DNA from: an uncultured Desulfosarcina sp.
GTDB lineage: Bacteria > Desulfobacterota > Desulfobacteria > Desulfobacterales > Desulfosarcinaceae
Direction of reading: 5' to 3'
DNA: 64,000 nucleotides
NCBI GenBank assembly: GCA_963674945.2
Contig: CAXXWQ010000004.1
Span: 1,792,001-1,856,000 of the forward strand
In this document: positions 1 through 9,386 of the stretch, one piece after another
Layout: every line of letters starts with the position of its first letter
Numbering within the stretch: the first letter of the stretch is position 1
The notes under the pieces: model-generated
The model's database searches: none
Told to the model about the DNA's origin: nothing
The model's input: only the letters and a program-made list of their open reading frames with translations
Translations under genes and position numbers: made by a program

Positions 1-199
1 CGAAGGTATCCCCGTATTTGGGGGAGTCGGTGCGTTTCATCATGTATTGCTGGGCCGGGATGGAAGAGATGTTTTTGGCGTTCTCCAGGTCCGGCGGTTC
101 CAGGGTGACGCAGACAACGCACTTATTGATCTTGAGCACGCCGAAGGTACCGTAGGAAAAATTCTCTTCGAGGCGGATCAGTTCGATGACAGGGTTCAT
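1..199 (-). CDS. DUF5675-like putative lysis protein, partial (runs off left edge)
   Basis: Manual translation MNPVIELIRLEENFSYGTFGVLKINKCVVCVTLEPPDLENAKNISSIPAQQY...SPKYG; position downstream of mor fits the first late gene. Confidence 0.7.
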   Translation of the reverse strand, partial: MNPVIELIRLEENFSYGTFGVLKINKCVVCVTLEPPDLENAKNISSIPAQQYMMKRTDSPKYGDTF

Positions 200-404
200 T
201 ATTCCTTGGCTTCTGTGGGTATTACCGGGAAAACCGCCCCTTTCCTTAAAAGGGCGGCTCCCCCGGCAATCAATGGGAGAAACACACGTTCCGACATGAT
301 TGGAAATTACCGAAGCCGAAAGAAACAATCCAATGTACTACTTGAAAAAATTAGTTTTATTGGAGAGTTACTATGTGAAGAAAAATGGGGATATGGGAGA
401 TGAG

Positions 405-719
405 TTAAAATAACTGCAGCTGCCTGTCAATGGTGTCGACACCGGTGCGGCGCCGGCCGCTGGGACCAACGATGGTGCGGATCCATGTCAGTGAAAGGTT
501 GTGTTTGGTTGCCAGTTCGCGGTGGTTACGGCCGTTGAATTCTGCGCGGATGGCGCGGTCACGCGCACCTCGGCAAATGTCCTTTTTCGTTGGGACGTAG
601 AGTGGCCCGCCGCCCATTGTTTCTACAAGCTTTAGGGCGGCTTCCATGCCGATGGCGTCCACGACGTCTTGGTATCCGTCCGGAATGTCGTGAGGCTGTA
701 TATCGTATCCGTCTATCAT
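405..719 (-). CDS. Mor/C family transcription activator
   Basis: IGMEAALKLVETMGGGPLYVP...RDRAIRAEFNGRNHRELATKHNLS pattern. Confidence 0.9.
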   Translation of the reverse strand: MIDGYDIQPHDIPDGYQDVVDAIGMEAALKLVETMGGGPLYVPTKKDICRGARDRAIRAEFNGRNHRELATKHNLSLTWIRTIVGPSGRRRTGVDTIDRQLQLF

Positions 720-733
720 TGAGTTTATTTACA

Positions 734-961
734 CTATGCTTTTTGTCGGCGAAGCAAACGAACCTGATATTCATCTATCGTTGCCATACAGCGCCGCACA
801 GTTTCGTCGGCCAGATCATCTGGGTCATTAAAAAATCCAAAGCTTGTATGGTGCCCGAAACCGTAGATTTCCCCTTCCTGTGCGGATTCCAGTCGTTTTA
901 CGATGATTTTCCGTAATTCGTACTCTAACGCTATGCGCTGATTTTTATCCATAGCCCGCAC
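734..961 (-). CDS. phage hypothetical protein
   Basis: 75 aa ORF, AGGAG at the start region, co-oriented with mor. Confidence 0.55.
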   Translation of the reverse strand: MRAMDKNQRIALEYELRKIIVKRLESAQEGEIYGFGHHTSFGFFNDPDDLADETVRRCMATIDEYQVRLLRRQKA

Positions 962-969
962 TCCTGGCT

Positions 970-1026
970 AAATTCCAACACAAAAAAGCAAAGCAAATTT
1001 TGTGTTGGAAATTGGTGTTGGAATTT
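970..1026. repeat. overlapping inverted repeats (one left arm, two alternative right arms)
   Basis: TTCCAACACAAAA 973-985 vs TTTTGTGTTGGAA 998-1010; AAATTCCAACAC 970-981 vs GTGTTGGAATTT 1015-1026. Confidence 0.8.
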
Positions 1027-1089
1027 TGTTATGCAATTTCGTCTCATAATTTTGCCCTGACAATTGGTCTTGGGCACCTTCAAAAAAGG

Positions 1090-1116
1090 TGTTACTTTTG
1101 TGGAGCAAAAGTAACA
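1090..1116. promoter_or_regulatory. perfect 11-bp inverted repeat (operator or terminator)
   Basis: TGTTACTTTTG-tggag-CAAAAGTAACA. Confidence 0.6.
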
Positions 1117-1162
1117 GTCCCTTTGTTAAAAATTAAAATAGAAAAGCATCAAACTATTGTAA

Positions 1163-1843
1163 TTAAGAAATAAGTCCGACACCGCCAGGATAACCCACGC
1201 CAGGGTGAATGCTAACATCGCTGCCGGCAACAAAACCGCCAATAATAGCATCTCTATCGCCTCTCGTTTTACATCGGCCAACCTTTGGCTTAACACTTTC
1301 CAATGATTTGTAATGATCATCAATCCACGCCTCGATAAGCTTCCTTTGCATAGATGGGATAGCCAGCGTCCGAACTTTCTGCTCTACGGCTCGACACCAC
1401 GCCTGTGACCATAAATTCGCCCGCCGTGTTTTTGTGCTTTTTTTGACGCGTTTTAAAGTCCCCAAATATTCGTCCCTGCCTCTGACGAGTTGTTTCTTGA
1501 GCACATCGAATGCATAGGCGGCAAGTTCTGGCGCAGCATCTATCCCAATGAAATCGATATGGCTCTTATAGCCACGAAACGTGTGCTCCTGAACAAGTAC
1601 GGACTGGACGCCAAAAACAGATTCCATCATCCTGATGAGCATGATGAGATATCCAGGTGGCACCAATGTCCGACTAACAAATTGAGTTTTTCTCTCAACG
1701 GATGACAGTTCAATATCACGCTCGCAGAGCCCATGTTTTTCCATAAGCTGTTGCGCTTTTTCCAGTGCGGCGGCGGCTTCGTTTTCATTGCTGCTTTTCG
1801 ATAAGGAAAGTCATTTTTTTATTTTTTCGATTATTCCATCCAT
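1163..1843 (-). pseudogene. DUF2786-domain phage protein with in-frame TGA at codon 11
   Basis: MDGIIEKIKK*LSLSKSSNENEAAAALEKAQQLMEKHGL; stop at 1811-1813, in frame with ORF 1163-1744. Confidence 0.75.
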
Positions 1844-1859
1844 TCATTTCTCCGGTTTC

Positions 1860-2036
1860 TCAAGGAAGCATTTCCCTGTGTTTGATCTTTCCATTTATGT
1901 CAGAAATGCGTATTTCACCATTCCGGCAATCGACCCAATATCCACGATAGTTGATACGAATATTCTTCGAGTTCAACACGAAAGACGGCGTTATGATAGG
2001 CCTCACATAGACCTCTAAATTTTCGTCGTTTTCCAT
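1860..2036 (-). CDS. small phage hypothetical protein (58 aa)
   Basis: Manual ORF MENDENLEVYVRPIITP..., GGAG upstream, fills operon gap. Confidence 0.45.
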   Translation of the reverse strand: MENDENLEVYVRPIITPSFVLNSKNIRINYRGYWVDCRNGEIRISDINGKIKHREMLP

Positions 2037-2123
2037 TTTTTAATTCTCCAATAAAACCAGAAAATCGATAACCAAGCGAGAATCTGTCTTTCTCAAATCC
2101 ACATCCTTAGTTTCCATTGACCG

Positions 2124-2669
2124 TCACGCGGCTTCTCCACAAAATGGACAGGGTTTCCCCTTCTCGATATTGTCCGCCTGAATCCCGCAAGCCCCGCAGA
2201 TCGGCGTTTGATGGTAAATAGATTCGGTGTTGCCTCGATAAGCAACGCCTTGCTCTGACATGATGCGCAGGACTTCTTTGTTTCGGTCGATCTCCCCGGA
2301 AATTCCGTAAGCCACTTTTCTCAGCCAGTTGTGATCTTTCAATGGCAAATCCAATGTTGGATTCTGCAATGCGCGGTCCATTGCCGCCGCCCATGCCATA
2401 GGGTTATTGGGATGGACGGCCCCTCGGTTCCAGGCGATTCCGTTTTTCTCGACCAACGCTTTGAGCGCCTCGGCATGGGTGCGAGTGGTCGACCACGCCA
2501 TCGGCCGGATCCCGGAAAGGGGACGGAACAGCCCAAAGTACGCCAGCACCCGACGGCTTATTTCCGTCGGCAACTCAGAGCAGATATTCAACACCGCCTC
2601 CACATCAACCTCCGCCGCCCATGCGTCCGCACTCGCGCGCATCCGGCATGCAGGACATTTCAAAATCAT
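2124..2669 (-). CDS. Mu-like phage hypothetical protein with CxxC motifs
   Basis: MILKCPAC start overlaps upstream stop; conserved in copy 2. Confidence 0.8.
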   Translation of the reverse strand: MILKCPACRMRASADAWAAEVDVEAVLNICSELPTEISRRVLAYFGLFRPLSGIRPMAWSTTRTHAEALKALVEKNGIAWNRGAVHPNNPMAWAAAMDRALQNPTLDLPLKDHNWLRKVAYGISGEIDRNKEVLRIMSEQGVAYRGNTESIYHQTPICGACGIQADNIEKGKPCPFCGEAA

Positions 2670-3172
2670 CTCAAGTGCTCCTCGATATAGCGTGCAATAT
2701 CCGGATCGCCCCAATTTCTATTCATCCACCGGTCTCCAAAATTCTTCTTCATCTGATTTTCGAACATCTTCTTCAGCCCCTCGATAGCCAAATATGCCTC
2801 TTGTGCGGTTTTTACCCGCTTTATCGAATACCGTTTGACCAGCCACCGGGAAAGTCCGTCCTTTACCCGCCAATCGATCAGCCGGGCCAGGGCGCCGATC
2901 TTCTCATGCTGTGCAAGACTGGCCAGCTTCACCATATTCCCTTTTTGCCGTGGGGTTGGTTTCGCTGCCGGCCGTCGTCGCTTCACACGAAATCCTCTTT
3001 TCCGCAGCTCCGCCAGAAATAAATCCGCCTGTGCCGCAGAAATATCGCAGGTGCTCTCGACGCCGAACCGCTCCAGCAACATGTCGGCCTTGATGGACTT
3101 TTCGATCTTCAATTGCCCGCAAGCGATCCCGATCAATTGCCGTTGTCGTTTTGTGCTGGGTATCATCGTCAC
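2666..3172 (-). CDS. GemA/gp16 (DUF1018) family protein
   Basis: QLIGIACGQLKI...FGVESTCDIS...AIEGLKKM pattern and synteny. Confidence 0.8.
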   Translation of the reverse strand: MTMIPSTKRQRQLIGIACGQLKIEKSIKADMLLERFGVESTCDISAAQADLFLAELRKRGFRVKRRRPAAKPTPRQKGNMVKLASLAQHEKIGALARLIDWRVKDGLSRWLVKRYSIKRVKTAQEAYLAIEGLKKMFENQMKKNFGDRWMNRNWGDPDIARYIEEHLR

Positions 3173-3876
3173 ACCCCGATCTCGGCCATCAGCTTGCGCA
3201 ATTCGTCCGCCTTGGTCATCATGGCCCGCACCTGGTCCTTGGGAAGCAACACGCTTCCAAACTTTTTGCCCAATCGGCGAAGCTCACCGGCAAACCGTTC
3301 GGGCTCCCTGGTCATCTTTTCCAGCAAGGCGTCCACCACTTCGATATGAACGGATTGGTCACCAGGAAGAGGAGTGCCGGGTGACTCACCGGACATATTT
3401 TCAAATTCAAAGGTGAGCTGCTTCACCATGTCAGCCAGCACTGCCTTTTTCCCTCGGCTGGCCTTGATAAGCCCGGTCATTCCGCGCATCCGAAACGTGT
3501 CGTAAAACTCGTCGGCCTCGGCCTTGGTCGCCCCAATGAAATAACCGTTGTGATAGCCGGCGGATGAAAAAAGAGGGATGTTGGGATGCCTGATCAGTAA
3601 GTGATTATGAAGATGCCGAAGGTCCCGCTTCCATTTTCCCAAAGTGCTCGAGTGTTTTTTGGCTATCTCTTTAACCAGGTCGTCGAACGAATCCTCATCG
3701 ATTCGAATGCCGTCCAATGTGTAATGGAGCAAAGTCGCCAGCGCGTTTGCTGAAATCCGGTTCTCCTTGCCAACGTGATCCACCCATAAAAGGCCCAAAA
3801 AAGTGGATTCGTATGGAGTCAACTTTATGCTATGGATCCCGGTGTCCGGATTGTATCCAAGGTTCTCAAGATTCAT
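3169..3876 (-). CDS. winged-helix-like phage protein
   Basis: 235 aa, RDLRHL...IPLFSS..GYFI pattern; 2 aa differences from copy 2. Confidence 0.65.
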   Translation of the reverse strand: MNLENLGYNPDTGIHSIKLTPYESTFLGLLWVDHVGKENRISANALATLLHYTLDGIRIDEDSFDDLVKEIAKKHSSTLGKWKRDLRHLHNHLLIRHPNIPLFSSAGYHNGYFIGATKAEADEFYDTFRMRGMTGLIKASRGKKAVLADMVKQLTFEFENMSGESPGTPLPGDQSVHIEVVDALLEKMTREPERFAGELRRLGKKFGSVLLPKDQVRAMMTKADELRKLMAEIGV

Positions 3877-3885
3877 GGCGATCTC

Positions 3886-4068
3886 CTAAAACGTTGTGCT
3901 ATGGGTAAGACCCATGTCTTCCATCAATTTGCGCATGGCAACCAGGGAGAGGATGGCACACTGTTTCGATTCCCGGCTCTGTTCGTCCACGACGGTAATG
4001 CCCTGGAGGTCCATGAACGCATCATTCAATTTTTCATGCATCTGGTTGACCTTTGTTTGTCTATCCAT
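3886..4068 (-). CDS. small phage hypothetical protein
   Basis: 60 aa, GGAGG RBS, identical protein in copy 2. Confidence 0.7.
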   Translation of the reverse strand: MDRQTKVNQMHEKLNDAFMDLQGITVVDEQSRESKQCAILSLVAMRKLMEDMGLTHSTTF

Positions 4069-4088
4069 CAGCCGCCTCCCAATTTTAT

Positions 4089-5372
4089 TTAGATTGCCAT
4101 TACGACATCCGAGGTGATTCTCGTCTCACCCATCTCGAACGCCAGATTCATGGCCCGGGCCACATAGTTGTTCACCAGGAGCGGGTAGGCGTGAGAGATT
4201 TTCTGTTTTCCGTCCCGGCTGGTACTGGTGAGACGCTTTCCAAGTGCTTCGTATGCATCTTCGGAAAAGATGTCGGACGCATTTTTCCCGACTCGTCTGA
4301 ATTTCACGGCCAGATACTCGCCCAAATGCCCGTTAAGCCCCTTGATTTCAGCGATCTGGACGCGCCGGATCACCTCCCGCATGTCCACGTTCGTGCTCTC
4401 GTTGAATGTGTGCTTCAGCTCGGTCTGGCCGATCAGGATGATCCCGAGAAGCTTCCGGTACCCGTCCTCGAGTTCATAGAAGCGTTTCAGGTACTTTAGC
4501 GTGTTCACGTTCAGATCGTGGGCCTCCTCAATGATCAACACCGCCCGGTACCCGGACTTGGCGCGATCCAGTAAAAGCCGCCGGACCTGGCGGCTTTTCG
4601 CCTCCAGTTTCACCATGCATCGCTCGCTGCTGATGTCCTGGATGATGGCGTCGCAGATCGATGCGGCGGTCAAACGGGTCTTATCGATGGTCTGCGGGTA
4701 AATTGTCAGGGTGTCGCCGTCCCGCTTGAGCTGCTCGATCACCTTCCTGCGCATTACGCTTTTTCCGCTTCCGACCTCGCCGATCACGGCGAGGAATCCG
4801 CCGTGCCGGGCCGCATCCAGCATGGCCGCCTCGATGTACCGGTGCTCGTCGCTCATGTAGATATCCGTGTCCTTCTGGATATCGTCCAAAAACGGGTTGC
4901 GAAACAATTTGAAGTGCTTGAGTGCTTCCTGGTTGATCATCTCCACCTCCAAGGTGATGTCGAGTTCAAATGGATTTCCTTTGACCATCGCCGGATTTTT
5001 CTTTGCCATCATGTAGGACATCCTAATCCTGCGGCCGTGTCCGGATGGCTGGACGTGCAGCTTTTCATTCCCGGAAGGACGCCAGATGTCGCCCATCACC
5101 ATGCTTCTGAGCATCAGCCATTCTCTCGCCGCCTGGTTCCCCCCGATGATTTGCTCAACGGTCTTTGTAAAAGTGGGTATGGTTGGTGGGAGATAGCCGC
5201 GATTCAGGGCGAGGCTGATTGTCGGCCGACTGATCTGCATTCCCGTAAGGGATGAGATCGACGTGGACAGCTCTTCCTGGGTGATGTCGCATTCGGCCAT
5301 CAACTGCTTCAGCCATATAGGCTTTGGCGGAAGGTCATTGCCGTAGGTTTTTGGTTTTGTGCAGGTTCTCAT
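4089..5372 (-). CDS. MuB/ExeA-like AAA transposition ATPase with N-terminal HTH
   Basis: Walker A GEVGSGKS, Walker B LIIEEAH; directly downstream of transposase. Confidence 0.9.
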   Translation of the reverse strand: MRTCTKPKTYGNDLPPKPIWLKQLMAECDITQEELSTSISSLTGMQISRPTISLALNRGYLPPTIPTFTKTVEQIIGGNQAAREWLMLRSMVMGDIWRPSGNEKLHVQPSGHGRRIRMSYMMAKKNPAMVKGNPFELDITLEVEMINQEALKHFKLFRNPFLDDIQKDTDIYMSDEHRYIEAAMLDAARHGGFLAVIGEVGSGKSVMRRKVIEQLKRDGDTLTIYPQTIDKTRLTAASICDAIIQDISSERCMVKLEAKSRQVRRLLLDRAKSGYRAVLIIEEAHDLNVNTLKYLKRFYELEDGYRKLLGIILIGQTELKHTFNESTNVDMREVIRRVQIAEIKGLNGHLGEYLAVKFRRVGKNASDIFSEDAYEALGKRLTSTSRDGKQKISHAYPLLVNNYVARAMNLAFEMGETRITSDVVMAI

Positions 5373-5389
5373 GTGTGTTCTCCTTTTGG

Positions 5390-7072
5390 TTACATTGCCT
5401 CGGCGACAGGCCCGGCATCCCGCCAGTCATTGCCGTCGGCCATCGCCATGACGATTTCATCCGCCCGCGCTGCAGGTACGCTCCCGCCAAATGTTTTCCG
5501 GAGTTCGGTATTTATTTGCGGTGTTACGCGAACGCCGGCGTCGCGTAGCTTCTTGAATAACTCGACGATGGGAATCTGTTTGATGGCCACGTCCCGGCCG
5601 ACTTCCATAGGTGTTCCGCGCCGCCGCATGGGAACGGCATCCACCTTGTCGCTCTGATGCCCGAACACCTGAAGCGTACCTCCGAACGGCAGGTCGTCTT
5701 TTTTCCTCTCGTCACCGTAGGCCAGGTTCTCGTTTGCCTTCCGGGTCTTGTCCACCAATGTATCCGGGTTGGACTTGTATTCCTGTCCGATGATGGCGCT
5801 GTCCGCCCGGAACCTGCCGATGCCGGGAAGCTCCCCGATGGGCGAAACAAGATATTCCGTGTCATTGAAAACGACTGTCACCTCCGGCCAGTGATACGGA
5901 CGCAGCACAACTTGAACCTTTCTCCCGGGGCGGATTCCTTCGATATGCTTCAGGCGGTATTCCTCCGAACGGAACGTGATGGTGTTGTCCTGGCGAACGG
6001 TTCGTGTTACCTCCGGCTCGGCGTACAGGTCTTGCAGGATTTCATCCGACGGCAGGTCCCGGATCTGGTCCTCTTTGATCGTCAACCAGCAGGCCGTCCG
6101 GGTCATCCTGTGCCGACTGTGAATTTTTTTGTCGTTCCATTCTACGAGCCAGTCTGTCACCCACTCGTTCAACTCCTCGATGGTGGTCGCCGGTTCGAAC
6201 CGCAGCCGCGCCTCGAAGCGTGTTTCCACGATGTTTTGGGCGTTTTCGGCGGATCCCTGGCGCCGTGGGTTGTGGGGCATGTTCTCCGGCATCTCGATTT
6301 CAAGTCGTTTAAGAAGCGCCATGATACCTTTAGCGGTGTTTGCGCTGCCGGCATCCATCAATAGATAGAACGGAACGCCACGAAACGGCGATTTTTCATG
6401 ATGCCCGCCGCGCCACGCCGATGTAAGAAAATCAAAGGTCATCCTCGCGTTTTCGCCGTCTGCGATGTAGTATTTTACGAACAAGTGGTGAGAAAAATGG
6501 TCGGCCAAAACCATACGCCAAATACGGTTTTTGATAGCCTTGTAGTTTTTCGGTTTCTTCTCTCGAAAATCCCGTTGATCCATAAAACCGAGATCTTTCC
6601 CTTTTTTCATGTAATACTGAATGCATGGGGATGCGTCGAAAATATGCACATGGTTTGGATGCAAACTGGCCATACGGATCGATGGCGTTATGCTGTTCAA
6701 GGCCGCAGCGTTCATATCCCGCTCCCTGAGTATGGATTGCATCCTGGCCGCCGATATCCGGCCGGGCTCGATGATGCCGTTGTCCTCGGCGATGGAAAGC
6801 GCCTCCGTAACCGGCAGGATCGTACCCTTCACCTCCCTTGCGGACACCTGGACAAGGGAAGAGACGTACTGGATCTGATGTTCGTCAAGGCGGCACGATC
6901 CGTTGTCGCACCGTTTCTTTCGGCCGCTGGAAAAGCCGTGTTTCCTGGCAATCCGGTACAAGGTCGCCGCGCTCTTTCCGGTAAGGTCCCGGTACTCTGC
7001 GATGATCCGGTCCTTTTCTCCGTTCACCGCCCGGTTCAGGCGGCAGGTCATCTCCCGCGCCCATTCCATCAT
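5390..7072 (-). CDS. Mu-like DDE transposase
   Basis: SLHPNHVHIFDAS, LMDAGSAN, HNPRRQGSAE catalytic-type motifs; C-terminal VTRTVRQDNTITF. Confidence 0.9.
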   Translation of the reverse strand: MMEWAREMTCRLNRAVNGEKDRIIAEYRDLTGKSAATLYRIARKHGFSSGRKKRCDNGSCRLDEHQIQYVSSLVQVSAREVKGTILPVTEALSIAEDNGIIEPGRISAARMQSILRERDMNAAALNSITPSIRMASLHPNHVHIFDASPCIQYYMKKGKDLGFMDQRDFREKKPKNYKAIKNRIWRMVLADHFSHHLFVKYYIADGENARMTFDFLTSAWRGGHHEKSPFRGVPFYLLMDAGSANTAKGIMALLKRLEIEMPENMPHNPRRQGSAENAQNIVETRFEARLRFEPATTIEELNEWVTDWLVEWNDKKIHSRHRMTRTACWLTIKEDQIRDLPSDEILQDLYAEPEVTRTVRQDNTITFRSEEYRLKHIEGIRPGRKVQVVLRPYHWPEVTVVFNDTEYLVSPIGELPGIGRFRADSAIIGQEYKSNPDTLVDKTRKANENLAYGDERKKDDLPFGGTLQVFGHQSDKVDAVPMRRRGTPMEVGRDVAIKQIPIVELFKKLRDAGVRVTPQINTELRKTFGGSVPAARADEIVMAMADGNDWRDAGPVAEAM

Positions 7073-8025
7073 TACGCCTCCGCCGCTTCGTCCGTCCTTG
7101 CCCGTAAATGCGGAGGAATCCAGTCGTCATCGATCTCCGGGTCTCCATACATCTCCGACGCGGTATCATAGGTCGCATCGACGACGCGTTTGAAGTAATC
7201 CAGGGTGTGCATCAGTTTGGCGCGCATCCGCACGGTGGCATTTTCCGGAAGCGGGTTTTTTTCAGGGTCGTATTTCATGAAAAACCCGTCGATGATGGTA
7301 CGGGAATTATCCAGATCTTGGCAGATCGCATCTTCCTCTGCGGTAAGACCCTTTGCCTCGGCCCTGCCTTCCAGAACGGCAAGCTCTTTTGCCTGCCGGT
7401 TCAAGACCTTCTCCTTATCTTTCAGGACCTTGTCTTTTGCAGCGATGGTCGCCGTTTTCTCCTCGATTTCCTTGTTTTTTGCCTCCAGGAGGGATTCGAT
7501 GGCAGCTTGCAGGTCTTCTGCATAATCGGATGCGAGAGGGATGCGCTCTTCACCGATGGTAACGAACTCGGCATCGATGACGACGTCGCCTTTGTTGGCA
7601 ATCTGGCGGAGCTTGCGGAGCTCGCGGTAGCCGACTGATAATTGGCAACACGTTTCCAAAAATTCCTCGCCGAAAACTCCAAGATTTAAAAGATCCTCAT
7701 CAACCTTCCTTCTTGATAACCCTATGTATTCACAGAACTTATCCCATGTTCCAACAGAAGGAAGATCCCGATAAATTTTCGACTCCTTAACTTGTTTGAG
7801 GTACACCAAACTGGCAACGTTTCCGAATTTCGCCATCAGATTGTTGGCCTGAACACGACCGATCACCTCATGGCATTGGGCTATCATCTCTTCACGCTGC
7901 CGCTGATCTTCTCTTTTCAGACGCTCTTTCTCCACTTCAATTTCAACAACTGATTGCGCGGCCGCATGATCCGCAGCCACCCGCTCTTTTCCGGCTATCT
8001 TGTCGATAACGCTTTTTTTCGCCAT
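7072..8025 (-). CDS. DUF3102-like phage protein with coiled coil
   Basis: TWDKFCEYIGLSRRKVDEDLLNL..FGEEF..GYRELRKLR; usual position upstream of transposase. Confidence 0.65.
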   Translation of the reverse strand: MAKKSVIDKIAGKERVAADHAAAQSVVEIEVEKERLKREDQRQREEMIAQCHEVIGRVQANNLMAKFGNVASLVYLKQVKESKIYRDLPSVGTWDKFCEYIGLSRRKVDEDLLNLGVFGEEFLETCCQLSVGYRELRKLRQIANKGDVVIDAEFVTIGEERIPLASDYAEDLQAAIESLLEAKNKEIEEKTATIAAKDKVLKDKEKVLNRQAKELAVLEGRAEAKGLTAEEDAICQDLDNSRTIIDGFFMKYDPEKNPLPENATVRMRAKLMHTLDYFKRVVDATYDTASEMYGDPEIDDDWIPPHLRARTDEAAEA

Positions 8026-8034
8026 ATACGCCTC

Positions 8035-8325
8035 CTATTCGCCAAGTTCCGACAATGTCTTGTCGATATGATTTCTCGCTGAAAGCAGCCTGGATCTTCG
8101 CCTTGCCCACAAAAGGGCCATGCCATCGCCGAGTTCCCAGTGTTCTCCGATCCGTCGGACGATTCCGGCATCCTCGAGGGTGACCAGGTGGCACATGCAT
8201 GTGCCGTACTGCATCTCAAGCGCCTCCGCCGCATCTGCCCCGGATACCGGTTCTCGCTTATCCGACAGGTACTTGATAATCGCCACGGCCGTCTTTACTG
8301 CGTTGATCCGTTTGTAGGTTCTCAT
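8035..8325 (-). CDS. IclR-type HTH protein
   Basis: MRTYKRINAVKTAVAIIKYL...LVTLEDAGIVRR; start set by comparison with copy 2. Confidence 0.8.
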   Translation of the reverse strand: MRTYKRINAVKTAVAIIKYLSDKREPVSGADAAEALEMQYGTCMCHLVTLEDAGIVRRIGEHWELGDGMALLWARRRSRLLSARNHIDKTLSELGE

Positions 8326-8333
8326 TTGGTTGC

Positions 8334-8867
8334 CTATCGTTTTCCCAATTCTCGTTTCAGACGCCTCATCTCGGAAATGCTCTCTTCCAGCTTGCCAAGC
8401 GTCATCTGTCTCAGTTCCGCACCGGTCGCCACCTTTGCGCCCTCGTAACCGACGATTGTCTCGGCAGGATACATGAGTCCGGTGATGCTCTGGATTGCCA
8501 CCAGGAGGTAGGCCGGTATGGGATAATCGTTTGGTTTGGAAAGGTAGTTGTTGAGCATATGGATGGTCATTGGATTTCGGCAGGTGGGCGGCTCGGCAGC
8601 CACCTCTTCCTCGCAACGACCGAAAAAGCGGTTGATTTCATCCACCAGTTGGTCCCTGGAACCTCCCCACTCGCGGACCGCTCGCTTGGCTGCCGCCGCG
8701 ATCTCGACCCCCACTTCGAATTCGTTTTCGAATTCTGCGGTAGGAGGTCCCTTTTCAATTGCATCCTCTATCTGAATCTTGGTTTCGATATAGCGGTCGA
8801 CTCGCTGGCCGAATTCGAAATCGAACTGCATCTGATTGGTGTCTATTTTTTGTGATCGTCTAGACAT
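8334..8867 (-). CDS. phage regulatory protein (CII-like, tentative)
   Basis: 177 aa, SRDQLVDEIN...TIHMLNNYLS; conserved in copy 2. Confidence 0.6.
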   Translation of the reverse strand: MSRRSQKIDTNQMQFDFEFGQRVDRYIETKIQIEDAIEKGPPTAEFENEFEVGVEIAAAAKRAVREWGGSRDQLVDEINRFFGRCEEEVAAEPPTCRNPMTIHMLNNYLSKPNDYPIPAYLLVAIQSITGLMYPAETIVGYEGAKVATGAELRQMTLGKLEESISEMRRLKRELGKR

Positions 8868-8942
8868 TGACCGCTCCGTGCATTCTTTTTAAGTATTGGT
8901 CATCAAACATATTTTGATACTCAGTCCTTTGGGAGGCACACT

Positions 8943-9155
8943 ATGAGTTACGTGATGATCTGTTCGTCTTCGGATTGCGATTTTCATGTAAAAAACAGCA
9001 CCAAGGAGGGAATTGAACGGTATTGCACCAAATGCGGGTCTGAAAATCTTTGGAAATGCCCGCATTGCGAGCGTCCGTTTCGCAGGGTAGAGACCCTTTT
9101 CTGTTTTGATTGTGGCAAACATATCAAGCCCCTGCCAGAGCAAGAGGGTCTTTAG
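8943..9155 (+). CDS. small zinc-ribbon protein, antisense to the early operon
   Basis: Four Cys pairs, GGAGG RBS, conserved in copy 2 with synonymous changes. Confidence 0.75.
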   Translation: MSYVMICSSSDCDFHVKNSTKEGIERYCTKCGSENLWKCPHCERPFRRVETLFCFDCGKHIKPLPEQEGL

Positions 9156-9333
9156 CGCCGCATACCTCACAGAAGTTGTATGTATTGAACATTAGAAGCT
9201 CACGCCGTCCGCAGCATGGAAAAACGGTTTGAAGCGGCCTGAGATCATGGCCGCATTCCTTGCAGAAGTTGTCGGTGGGTGAGAGTCGGTCGGATCCGCA
9301 TTTTGGGCACAAAAGGATGGTTCGAATCGGCAT
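9124..9333 (-). CDS. small double zinc-ribbon protein
   Basis: CPKCG, CKECG, CC, CEVCG; AAGGAG RBS; conserved in copy 2. Confidence 0.75.
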   Translation of the reverse strand: MPIRTILLCPKCGSDRLSPTDNFCKECGHDLRPLQTVFPCCGRRELLMFNTYNFCEVCGAKDPLALAGA

Positions 9334-9386
9334 AAATGGTTCTCCTTATTGATTTTAATTTGACTTATTGATAAGCCTTATAAGAC

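Noticed and set aside
47..403. Plus-strand 118 aa ORF
   Set aside because: Overlaps the better supported minus-strand DUF5675-like gene and the probable late promoter region.
1811..1860. Selenocysteine readthrough of the DUF2786 TGA
   Set aside because: No convincing SECIS-like hairpin follows the codon and the family is not a known selenoprotein.
4089..7072. Tn7-like TnsB/TnsC transposon
   Set aside because: No TniQ/TnsD or TnsA; context of Ner, GemA, Mor and a lysis-like gene is Mu-like.
8326..8616. 193 aa version of the IclR-type gene
   Set aside because: Extension overlaps the upstream gene and is absent from copy 2.
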